Assembly (NCBI RefSeq): GCF_001194135.2
Contig: NC_069001.1
Coordinates: 18,913,791-18,977,790 of the forward strand
Length of the DNA: 64,000 nt
Direction of reading: 5' to 3'
From: Octopus bimaculoides
Lineage: Eukaryota
The translations under genes and the position numbers were made by a program. Below the pieces are notes generated by a model. It worked only from the letters and a program-made list of their open reading frames with translations, ran no database searches and had not been told where the DNA came from. This document shows positions 37,803-49,459 of this stretch, piece after piece (the stretch's first letter is position 1; each line of letters starts with the position of its first letter).

Positions 37803-38604
37803 CTAGCAGAACCTGTAATATTTCACTTAATTAATGGTAAACCTTATTTCTGAAAACTTAATCCAAAAACCTGACAGTATAACCTGTGTTGTGTTTGTAT
37901 GGAAAGATAGTTGCTCATCTGCTACTCATTGAAAAGGAAAAGAAACTGGAGTATGATGAGTACTTAATGCACTTCATAAATACACTTTATATACTTTATG
38001 CACAATTTTATAGAAGTATTCGCTCTTATTTTTTCCATTTCCCCCATAAACTAAAAAATATCCTGTACATATGATACAACCTTTAGTTAAATTGCATATA
38101 TATCTGCCACATAAATAAATGTGAATATTTCATAGAAATTACACTTATACACATGCATTAAGTGATAGGTAATATAAAAAAACTTAGTTCAATTAAAAAA
38201 TACACTTTTCGCTTTCCAAGCACCACCATTTTTCCCCTTGCTCTCTGTGCCTTCCTGTGACCTCACCATCAGAACATCACCCCTCTGCTAAAATTATACT
38301 TTTAACTCTCCTTCTCTATACCATCACTACCTTCAACTAACGTTTTTAACCACATAATGAATATTACATTCACTCTACCTCACATCATGTACGCTTCTCT
38401 CTTCCTCTTTCTATCTCACTTTTTGCCTTATCCTCCTTCTCTCTCTCTCCTTTTTGTTTCTCCTCCTTTTCCTTTCAACTAGTCATGTGAAAGCATTACA
38501 ATTACATTCCCTCTATCTCACGTCATGGCTGCTTCTCTCTCCCTCTTTTTCTCTAATCATGTGAAAATGTTACCGACAGGCTAAGTAACATAATGACAAA
38601 CAGA
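37803..38604 (-). mobile_element. Non-autonomous Helitron, copy 1
   Basis: On the minus strand it begins A|TCTG and ends CTGCTAG|T. Homologous over its full length to 40737-41638. Confidence 0.7.
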
Positions 38605-39935
38605 TATTGCAGCATTCCACATTTTGAATCACTTGTAATTTAGAGAAAAAAATTTCATACTTCCACCTCTTCATTTTAATCTTCACAATTAAAATCCCCC
38701 TCCCCAAAAAACAAATGGAGATATTTGATTTATGCATGATAGTTTTCCCCAAATGTTTTTCTATAAAAATACAAATTATAAGTGTTCCAAAATGCGGAAT
38801 GCTACATGATGAAAAATACAAAATAAGTTGCAGCTTGAGTTCCAAAGGGATAATGAGGGGATGGGTAGACATTTAAAAAAGCAGGGGAGTGTTTTGAAAT
38901 GTGGAAACATTTCCAGTTGCCTTTGGGTAATCTCTTGTATATATACACATACAAGCACACTTATATATACATACATTTGATATTGGTATCAAAGAAAGTG
39001 AGCAGATCCCTAGAAAAAACTTACTGGAGACCACTGTCTTGTACAGTGTTAAAACAAGAACATAGATACATAAGTACACACATACACTTCTATGTGTAAA
39101 TGTTCTTGCTGTTCTTGTCATTATTGATGTTGATGTTTTTTGTACTGTACTGTGTTTTCTCTTTCTTAATACTCTTTTTGGAATTTTATGACCAACTTTG
39201 TTAGTAAACTTTGGATCTTTTTAAATTTATTTTTGTTCTCTTTTTTTTTTTTTTTTTTTTTTTTCCAAAAGATCAAGCAACATTTTCATATCGATTTTTA
39301 AACACTATTTTCTAAACCTGAGTGTACTATTGAAAAATACAGAGGGTACTGACATCCATCACCCTCTTTTGGCCGATGCCTCCCCTGGATTTTTCCTTCA
39401 CCCACTTTGGAAACAACTGTATTAAACTATAATTAATTCATGTGTTCTATTGGTGTGTTGTGGAACACACACACACCCTGCACATGAACTCATGCTCAGA
39501 ATTGAATTAGCAGAAAGGTTAGTGTTGGACAGAACACTTCATGGTATCTGTTTCAACTCTCACTACTCTGAGATCAAATCCCGCCGAGGCCAACTTTATC
39601 TTTCATCCACTTGGGGTCAATGAAATACCAGCCCAGAGAGGTGGATCTGTGAAATTGTGGGGCTATTGGACAAGATGTCTTGCAGCATTTGTTCTGTATG
39701 CTTGTATTAAGAAACAACCTCCTTTTACAGGTCACTGTAATAAGAATATGGTCATCAGGATCCAGCTAATTTTGGTGTGCCTAAAATGTCAGATAAAGCA
39801 ACATACTTAACAATTTGTATGATTGTGAAACACAGAACTTGTATGAGAAACTGAGAGGATTGATTGATAGATAGCTTCTCATAGATATATATAAATATGC
39901 TCCTACTCACATTCTATGTTTCTTGTTTGTTTCAG

Positions 39936-39971
39936 ACACATCTACTGGACTATAGGATCTAATCCGGCCAT
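39936..39971 (+). other. Candidate 36-nt spliced micro-exon of an unidentified host transcript
   Basis: Branch-like TACTCAC (A 26 nt upstream of the AG), pyrimidine tract TTCTATGTTTCTTGTTTGTTTCAG and donor GTGAGT. The length is a multiple of 3 and only one frame is open (x-HIYWTIGSNPA-I/M). Confidence 0.55.
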
Positions 39972-40086
39972 GTGAGTTAGTGCGTGAAGATTTCACTATT
40001 TCAAGGTCAGTTATTATATATCAACCCATTAGCCTTGTTTATACGCATCAGATCCTCTCATCCATTGCCGCTATACATGCACATAC

Positions 40087-40143
<57 letters not shown>

Positions 40144-40292
40144 NNNNNNNNNNCTTTGGTCTTTCAATTTACCTCAATTGATCAATAGACCAATTGAGTA
40201 AACCTATCTATAATGACTGCTGGAAACAGCTGTCAGCCAAATTTGCTATAATAAAGGAATTATATGTAATCACCATTACTTTAACTTGTCTA

Positions 40293-40330
<38 letters not shown>

Positions 40331-40529
40331 GATGGATAGTTTGTTGTTTTGTTCATTTGTTTAACCATACTTACATGAGTTGGTTGGAGATAAATTTGAG
40401 GTAATATATTTTTATGACCACACACCCTTAGTGTCAACAACCCTTACCTCATTTTCAAACAAAGGATTTCTTTTATTCCACTTATTTTTGAATGGGTAGA
40501 GTGACTATATATATATATATATATATATA

Positions 40530-40722
40530 TATGGGAGAATGTACGAAAAAACAACAACAGATGAGGACAGGTGGTGTAAATAACAAAAGGATGTATTAGT
40601 ATGACGCTCGGGAATACGGAAAGTCTTTGACGTTTCGAGCTACGCTCTTCAACAGAAAGAATACGGAGACAAGGAGAAAAACACGGAGAAAACAAATTTG
40701 AATAGTGTTCAGTCAACGGTCA
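40530..40722 (-). mobile_element. Penelope-type terminal (pLTR/tail) fragment between TA repeats
   Basis: CpG-rich segment containing ...CTGTTGAAGAGCGTAGCTCGAAACGTC..., resembling PLE tails of the form CTGATGAAG...CGAAACGT. Confidence 0.6.
40624..40660 (-). ncRNA. Minimal type I hammerhead ribozyme-like motif, atypical core
   Basis: TCTTT-CTGTTGA-A-GAGC-GTA-GCTC-GAAAC-GTC-AAAGA: stem I TCTTT/AAAGA, stem II GAGC/GCTC, GAAA, palindromic ACGT stem III and a GUC cleavage triplet. A6 of the core is U. Confidence 0.5.
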
Positions 40723-40736
40723 CATATACATATATA

Positions 40737-41638
40737 CTAGCAGGACCCATGAATATTTAATGGAATTAATGGTAAACCTACTGGGTTATTTCTGAAAACT
40801 TTATCCAAAACACCTGAAAATATAACTTCTGTTGTGTCTGTATGGAAAGATCTGCTATTCATTGAAAAGTGGAAGAAACTGGAATATGAGGATTACTTAA
40901 TGCACTTTATATATATGCTTTATATACTTCATGCACAATTTTATTGACTAATTCACAGCACTCATAAAATAAATATTCACTCTTATTTTTCCCATAAAAA
41001 AAATATCCCATACATATGATACAACCTTTAGTTAAGTTGCATATATTTGCCACGTAAATAAGCAAGAATATTTCACAATTGCATTTATGCACATGTGTTA
41101 AGTGATAGGTGTTATAAAAAAAACTTAGTTCAATTTTAAAAAATACACTTTACACTATTCAGTCATCACCTCCATCTCTACCATCATTATTTCTCTCCCT
41201 CTTCTCTCTCACTTCTCTCTTTGCCTTTTTTTAACCTCACCATCAGAACATCACCCCTCTGCTAAAATTATATTTTAAACTTTCCTCCTCTATACCATCA
41301 CTACTTTCAACTAACGTTTTTAACCATGTAATAAATATTACATTCCCCCTACCTCACATCATGGACGCTTCTCTCTCCTTTTTCTTTCTCTTTCTTTCTA
41401 TCTCACTCTTCACCTTATCCTCTTTTTCTCTCTCTTTTTTTCTTCCTCTTTGCTTTCCCTTCAACTAATCACATGGAAGCATTATAATTACATTCCCTCT
41501 ATCTCACGTCATGGACACTTCTGTCTCCCACTTTTTTTTGTTTTTTTCTCACTCCCTCTTTTCTTTCTCCTTCTTTTTCTCTAATCATGTGAAAGCGTTA
41601 CCGATGGGCTAAGTAACAGAATGACAAGCAGAATAAGA
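40737..41638 (-). mobile_element. Non-autonomous Helitron, copy 2
   Basis: On the minus strand it begins A|TCTTAT (like the Helitron at 7399) and ends CTGCTAG|T. Direct homolog of 37803-38604. Confidence 0.7.
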
Positions 41639-42147
41639 TGGTCTACAGGAAATGGGAATATGGCATTCCTGTATTAGTCAGATGGTGTGAAGACACAAAA
41701 TTTCCACATTCATGCACACACACACACACACATATCTGAGCTGATGACGACTGCATGAGAGAAGTCACTAACTGAATCAAATTGAAGAAAAGAGCAAAGG
41801 CTAGAGTAAAATCTATGGTATCAGGTCTACCTCTCCATCTGCTCTTCCACCCCTACCATATACTTTAGTATCTGCAACGATGATTGTGTGTGTGGATGCA
41901 CATACATGCATATACACACACAATTATATATTATTATATATAACTGTGTCTGTGGGTGTAGAAATAGAAGTTTCACTTTCAGATTTGTTTTAATTAAACT
42001 CGTAAATGATTCCACTTCTTAACAGTTGACCTACAATCCCACAAAAGAACTAAATATTGTCAAAGCACACAACACACACATCTATGTGAGTGAGTCTGTC
42101 TATGTTAGTGTCATCAGGTGCGTTTTGCCTCCCCCTCTCACACCAGT

Positions 42148-44750
42148 TTATTATTATTATTATTATTATTTTACTTCTAATCTGCATGTTTGTTACAGTC
42201 ACTTGCCAAGACACACCCAGTGTCCTAGGGCAAGTGAAGGATAAGAGATGTTACAGTATGACTGAAAGCTGTTCATACCAGTTAGCAGGAGTGCTGATTT
42301 TGTTGTGTTTACATATTTTCCAGTGTAAATACTGTCCTACCCTATCGTGGCGATTTTTGTTTGTGTTTGGTGTCAGCACAAGACATCCTGAGATGAGATG
42401 GTCTATTGTTTCGTCAAATGTGTCAAAGAATCTGCATTTAGGGTAAGAACTGTTTTGGAGAATGTTAGCTTGGTAGTTTTTTGTGAGCAAGCTTTGATCT
42501 TATGCCTCCAATATGAAAGCTTCAGTCTCTGCTTTCAGTCCTGAGCTTCTCAGCCATTGATGGGTTGTTGCTTGATCTACATTTCAACTTTGAAGTATTT
42601 ACTGTCCATGCAGAGGCTTCTGGCTCCACCACTCCTCAGTTTGTTTCTGCCCATTCTTTTTTGCAGTCTGTTTGATCCATTTTGCTTGTTTTGTGGCAGT
42701 GGTTTCAGGTTCTTCAAATATTAATGCCAAGTTCCCTTGCAAATTTGCAAGCTTCCTTGACAATAGAATGTGATTTTTTGCTGCTTTTATGTTTGCACAC
42801 AAGTTGCAGCATCTAATCCTCTTTTGCTGTCCATTGCTATTGTGGAGGTCTTATAGCACAGTTCTACCTGCATCATTCCTCTTCCCCCATTACTTCTAGG
42901 TAGGTACAGATCAACATCTGCTCTTGAGTGATGCAAGTTGGTAGTTTTCTTGTCTTCCTGTCCAGGCGTTGGAGCTCTATAAGATTCTAGTTAATGATGT
43001 TAAAACTATATTGGACTTCTGGAAGTGCCAGGGTGTTAATGGCTTTGATGCGATTTTTAGAGTTGAGTTCAGTTTTTAATATGAGTCTTATTCTCCTGTA
43101 ATATTCCTTTCTTATTTTTTTCGTTCATGGTAGCATGTTGTATACCATCTCCTTCATTTATTCCCAGGTATTTGTAATTTTGTTATGGGTCAAGTTCCTT
43201 GATGGTAGTGTAGGTATCTAATTTAATGGAAGCTGTTTGCCTGAGCTTGCCTCTTACAAAAGTTGTTTTAACACACGTATCAAGGCCAAAGTCTATCCTG
43301 ATGTCATTACTGAATTCTTTAACAGTTGTTAGCAGCTCTGCTAGCTCTTTGTCATTTCTAACAAACAACTTCAGATCATCCATATAAAACAGATTTTTTT
43401 TTATTGTTGTATCATAAACTTTGAACCCATACCTGGTGTTATTTAGTTCATTTGATAGTGGGATCAGTGCCATGCAAAAAAGTAATGGGGAGAGGGAGTG
43501 ACCTTGAAAGATGCCTTGTTTGATGTTGATGATGCTTGTTTGGCTCATTCCACTACTATGGTTTAGAAGGAGACGTGTGTTCCATTTGGCCATGCTACCT
43601 TGTAAGAATTTGAAGATGGCAAGAGAGATCTTAAATATTTCAAGGGCCTTGAGTATCCAATTATGTGGGGCACTATCAAATGCTTTACTCTAGTCTATCC
43701 ATGCCATACTCAGGTTCTTCTTTTTGCTCCGGCAATTCTCTACAATCATTTTACTTATGAGTAATTGATCTTTGAATCCATAAGAATTCCTTTTGCAACC
43801 TTTTTGAGCTTTTGGAAGGATAGATCGCTGTTCAAGTAAATTGTATATTCTGTCAGTTAATATGGATGTGAGGATCTTGTAAGTGGTGTTGAGACATGTT
43901 ATTGGTCGGTAGTTCTTTGGATTTTCTGTCAGACAATTTAACCAGAAGTTAGGAATTCGGTCCAGTCCTGAGGTTTTTCCATTTGTGAGGCTTCCTAAGC
44001 ACACATCTTAGCTCTTCTATTCCTATTGCCTCCCATTTCTGCTCTTCCACTTCATCCAGTCTCACTTTCTCATGCTCTATCCAGTCTGCTTTATTGTTAT
44101 ATTCGTTTTTGTTGCTCCATATCTTCTCTCAGAACTCTTCCATTTCCTCAGTCTTAGGTGGCTCCTTTACTTCTATCTTACTTTTGCCAATTTCCCTATA
44201 AAATTTCTTTGCATCTGTCTTGAATATCTTGTTTTGTTGATAAAATTTGACTCTTTTGTCATACTTTCTAATCTGTTGGACTTTCAGTTGTATTTGTTGT
44301 TTCAATTGTTCATTGGTTGCAGGGAGGTTTATAAAATCTTTGATTTTATATTTTCGTTTGAGTTTTCTAGCTTGTTTCGTCTTAACATTTACTCCTCTAG
44401 CAAGTTCATCGAGAACTGATACATCCACCCGCAGAGATTCAATCTCTTTTTGTATTGCTATTTTCCGCTTAGCAGGTCTATTGACATGGTTGGTCCTTTT
44501 CTCTGTCGTCCTGATACCTAGTTGAGCAGTTACAACTTTAGCAGTGGAATAGCTGAGGTTATTTAAGGTTGTTAAGTAATTTCTCTTATTACTTAAGATC
44601 TGTCTAAGAGCAACATTATAGATCATGATTATGTTGTTGCTTTTTATGCTGTTTGAGAACTTTGTCAGTGGTTGTCTATTGATGATGTCAGTAGACTCAG
44701 TCTTGCTGAGTTCTCTCATAATATCTTCTTTTGCTTCTATGATCGGCATA
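42148..44750 (-). mobile_element. RLE-type LINE (R4/Dong-like), degenerate, (AAT)n tail
   Basis: NYRPITCLNTTYKILT, LSMAWID, GIFQGHSLSPLLF, LFYMDDLKLF and CCHC-like CRFF.TFDETIDHLISGC. (TTA)n at 42148-42172. Confidence 0.9.
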
Positions 44751-44754
44751 ACTA

Positions 44755-45795
44755 CAGGGTTTTACCCCCCAGACTTTGGGAGGTCATAACTTTCAGAAAA
44801 ATGAATATTTTTTAATGAAATTTTTTATGCATATAGTATTTACTATGTAGAATCCGAATATACAAACATTTCCGGTGAAAGTGTTTTGGAATGGGGGTGG
44901 GGGACAATTTTCGGAAATTCCAACAGAGTCCATTTAAATTCTTCTTAACTTCCAGGAAAATTAATATTTTTTCGTGAAAGTTTCTACAAATATAACTTTT
45001 TTTTCAANNNNNNNNNNNNNNNNNNNNNNNNNNNNNNNNNNNNNNNNNNNNNNNNNNNNNNNNNNNNNNNNNNNNNNNNNNNNNNNNNNNNNNNNNNNNN
45101 NNNNNNNNNNNNNNNNNNNNNNNNNNNNNNNNNNNNNNNNNNNNNNNNNNNNNNNNNNNNNNNNNNNNNNNNNNNNNNNNNNNNNNNNNNNNNNNNNNNN
45201 NNNNNNNNNNNNNNNNNNNNNNNNNNNNNNNNNNNNNNNNNNNNNNNNNNNNNNNNNNNNNNNNNNNNNNNNNNNNNNNNNNNNNNNNNNNNNNNNNNNN
45301 NNNNNNNNNNNNNNNNNNNNNNNNNNNNNNNNNNNNNNNNNNNNNNNNNNNNNNNNNNNNNNNNNNNNNNNNNNNNNNNNNNNNNNNNNNNNNNNNNNNN
45401 NNNNNNNNNNNNNNNNNNNNNNNNNNNNNNNNNNNNNNNNNNNNNNNNNNNNNNNNNNNNNNNNNNNNNNNNNNNNNNNNNNNNNNNNNNNNNNNNNNNN
45501 NNNNNNNNNNNNNNNNNNNNNNNNNNNNNNNNNNGAGTGGGGAACGCTTCTCAAAAATAACCTGCAGTTGTTTCCTTCAAAATTCCTACATGCTCGAAAT
45601 GTACATACATCAAGGTATATTTGTAGAAAATTTCACGAATAAATATTAATTTTCCTGGAAGTTAAGAAGAATTTAAGTGGACTCTGTTGGAATTTCCGAA
45701 AATTGTCCCCCACCCCCATTCCAAAACACTTTCACCGGAAATTTTTGTATATTCGGATTCTACAGAGTAAATACTATATGCATAGAAAATTTCAT
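44755..45795. mobile_element. Fold-back/MITE-like element with 180-bp inverted arms around a gap
   Basis: 44815-44994 and 45616-45795 are reverse complements with few substitutions. The left end begins TA|CAGGG; the matching right terminus is missing. Confidence 0.7.
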
Positions 45796-46060
45796 CAGGG
45801 TAGGATAGAATGTTGTGTAGAATTAAGCAAGAAGCAAACTTATCTGCACATAGCTGAATGGATGCGAGTGAAATAAGATAGGTAATCCATAATGAAGAGC
45901 ACGTTGGCTAGGCAGCTTATTTATATGAGTAGCCAAAAGGATGGCTGATGGAAATGAAGACCATGGTAGTTTCCAAAACAAAACATGGTGACTCAAGCTA
46001 CTAGCAAAATTAAAAGCTGATATGAACAAAATTGAAAAGTTGTTTTCAAAGCAAGAACAC

Positions 46061-46109
<49 letters not shown>

Positions 46110-46191
46110 TACTAGTTATTATTTTTACTATTGTTTTATACCCAGAATAAGTACTACTTTGGTTCATTAAAATATAGTGATGTCAGTGTAC

Positions 46192-47047
46192 ATGGATGTG
46201 TATTGTCAGTGTGCATACTCGACGGAGTATAAGTGCCTTGAGAGAAAAGTTAGACCTAAGAAGCATCAGATGTGGTGTGCAAGAGAGACGACTGCGCTGG
46301 TATTGTCATGTGGTGCGAATGGATGAGGATAGCTGTGTGAAAAGTGTTTCACCCTAGCAGTTGAGGGAAACTGTGGAAGAGGTAGACCCAGGAAGACCTG
46401 GGATGAGGTAGTGAAGCATGACCTTCGAACATTAGGCCTCACCGAGGCAATGACTAGTGACCGAAACCTTTAGAAATATGCTGTGCTTGAGAAGACCCGG
46501 CAAGCCAAGTGAGACCGTAACCCGTGGCCTATGCCAGGGGTGTAACCAGCCCACTTCAGCATACCTTTCTTTCATTGGACACTAAACTCTGCTTGTGAAG
46601 ACCTGTTGAGGCAAGTGAAATCAAATTCGATGACAGCGCCGCATGACTGGTATCCGTGCTAGTAGAGCGCTAAGAGCACCATCCGAGCATGATCGTTGCC
46701 AGGGTTGCTGACTGGTTTCCATACTGGTGGTACGTAAAAAGCGCCATTCAAGCATGATCGTTACCAGTGTCGCCTTACTGGCACTTGTGCCAGTGGTACG
46801 TGACATGTACCTGTGCATGTGACATGTAAAAACACCATTTTGAGCGTGGCCGTTGCCAGTACCGCCTGACTGGCCTTCGTGCCGGTGGCACGTAAAAGCA
46901 CCCACTATACTCTCGGAGTGGTTGGTATTAGGAAGGGCATCCAGCTGTAGAAACTCTGCCAGATCAGATTGGAGCCTGGTGCAGCCATCTGGCTCACCAG
47001 TCCCATGCCAGCATGGAAAGTGGACATTAAATGATGATGATGATGAT
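46192..47047 (+). mobile_element. RTE-type LINE 3' fragment
   Basis: ORF end ...CGRGRPRKTWDEVVKHDLRTLGLTEAMT, a modular 3' UTR and a (GAT)n tail. Confidence 0.9.
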
Positions 47048-48837
47048 ATTCAACAAAGAATTAAGTAAAAGAAGGTAAAAGAATATTGAAATAGTTTATA
47101 ACTGTTTTTATTTCTATGTACAACAAACCACAGACAGGAAATTTGACAATCAAACAATGTCTGTGTAAACAATATTTTTAGTGAATTTAAAATTTTTAGA
47201 ATTAGTATGCCAGTGAGATCCTCTTGTATATATTTCTTCATTCATGGCAAACAGTTCAAAAATAAAATTAATTTTCAAGTGGCTGTATGAAAATAAAGTA
47301 TTTTCCAAAATGATTGAATGGAAGAAACTCGCGTGGACAGTGCCTATGAGTCATCTAGGTTAGTTGTGTGTTAGATGAGAGATTGAGATAAAAACAGTGA
47401 TAGATAAATTGACAGATCAACCAACAGATAGATGGCTGGCTGGCTGGCTGGCTATTTTCTTTTCATTTTGTAATAAACTTACTTCTTTTAAAGGAAATTT
47501 CTAGAAGTGCTAGTCTAACATCATATTAAATACATGTATGTGTATCTGTGCATATGTATACAAGGAGAGGGTTTCAAAATAAAACTAGAAGTTATACTAT
47601 TATTAATTTAGCATGTCAGACAAAATACTTAGCATAATTTCTTCAAGGTCAACTTTGCCTTTCATCCTTTTAGAGTTCGATAAAATAAAGTACCACACAA
47701 GTACTGGTAGTGGTGTAATCAGCTAACCTCTTCCTCCAAAATTTCAGGTTTTGTGCCTAAGGTAGGAAGGATTATTGTTACTAACAGGACCTGTGGAAAT
47801 TCCACAGTGTAAGTCAGCATATTTGAAAACATTGTCTTTCTGTTAAACACAAGCAAGGAATTTCAAAAACTTTCTTTGAAATACTGCTATTTAATCAAAA
47901 CTGTACTTTCAAATATAATCGAAAAGAACTTACAAGGTATTGCTTATTTACCTTCTTTTAGTCAAAGTCATTTACCAATTGAGATTATTTTCATTTTATT
48001 TCAGTTCAGCTCCATAACGATCTTTTAATGTATAAATTCATGATATTGTTTCACTATGTTAAACATTTTGACTGTGCCTGTAACTGCAGGCACAGTCAAA
48101 CATGTAAATGCAGAATAATATAGACATCTTCCTTCTCCTTCTCCTCTCTCTCTATCTCTTAGTCTTCCCTTCTCTCTCTAGATATATAGTTCTCCAATCA
48201 AATTATTACCTCCCTTGCTGTAAGTGTAACACATGGACAAGACAGTAAGGCAGGAATGTGTAGAATAACAATATAGATTAGTATCCATGTGACTACATCT
48301 ATCCTTCATCTTGCCTCACCTGTTCATAATGACTTTGATAGTCCATTATATTAACACAGTTGTTGCTGCAGTCTGTAATTTCAGGCATTCACAATAGACT
48401 GTCTGAATGGATTGAACTAGCCCAGACTAACATTCTCTTCCTGTTAAAATCTCTCAAAACACTTGTGAATGGTGGTAGGTTTGACCTCTCTTGTTGCTTT
48501 TATGATCCTCATTACTTTGTAACCCAGTAGTGGAGTTCTCCAGATCTGGATTCAGCTGTTTAAGTCAACCCCAGTACATAAATGATACTAAAATTTTACT
48601 GACCTCATCCGTCTTCACATTTTGAGTTCAAATTCCACCAAGGTCATCTTTGTCTTTCATCCTTTTGGAGTCAATAAAATACATTCTAGAAATTACTGGC
48701 CTTGACCCAAAATTTGAAAACAATATTTTACTGACCTTGGAATGATATAAAAATTATCATTGGTGTGATTTGAACTCAAAACATAAACTGTTGTAGTAAA
48801 TAGGTTCATGCTCTACTTAGTCTATAGACTCTAATTA

Positions 48838-49176
48838 ATAACAAGAGCACTCAGAAAGTGAAAACCTTCACCAAGGGATGATTTTTAAAATGAGAATATC
48901 TGAAATAAACTCGACTGCTCTCACAAACGAGAATACTAAAAATGAACCCAACCGCTCTCAAGAATTAAGTAAAAAAAACAGAAAAAGAATCCAGAATCCT
49001 TGTCCATGACCCAATCAATCCCAAAATCTAATCAGTTCATGCCAGTCATGAGGCCAAACACCCCTGAAAGTTTCATCCGAATCCATCCAGCAGTTCTTTA
49101 GATATCCTGTCCATGGACAAACAAACAAACATGACTGAAAACAATACCTCCGCCTTCGCTAAGGCAGAGGTAATAA
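48838..49176 (+). mobile_element. Helentron-associated non-autonomous element (HINE/DINE-like)
   Basis: 3' palindrome TACCTCCGCCTT-CGCT-AAGGCAGAGGTA (49145-49172), a related subterminal AACCTTCACCAAGG near the 5' end, and an internal (AAAC)n. Confidence 0.65.
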
Positions 49177-49459
49177 TGATGACTTCTCCATCAGGCTGAG
49201 GGGTGACTTTAATGAGTATTGGGAAGTGGAGCATAATTGATTCAGTTGACCCTCAAATTAAATTTGATACTTTATTTTAGTGACCCTGGGAGTATAAAAG
49301 ACAAAAGTCAACTTAATCTCGATGTGTGTGCACGTGCGCACATGTATTTATGTATGTATGTCTGCCTGTCATTATTCTGTTTTATTTCAAGATTTCTTGC
49401 AGGTTTCTAACCTAGATCCAAAGCTCCTTCATTGGAATTTTAACATCAACAGGGTATTT

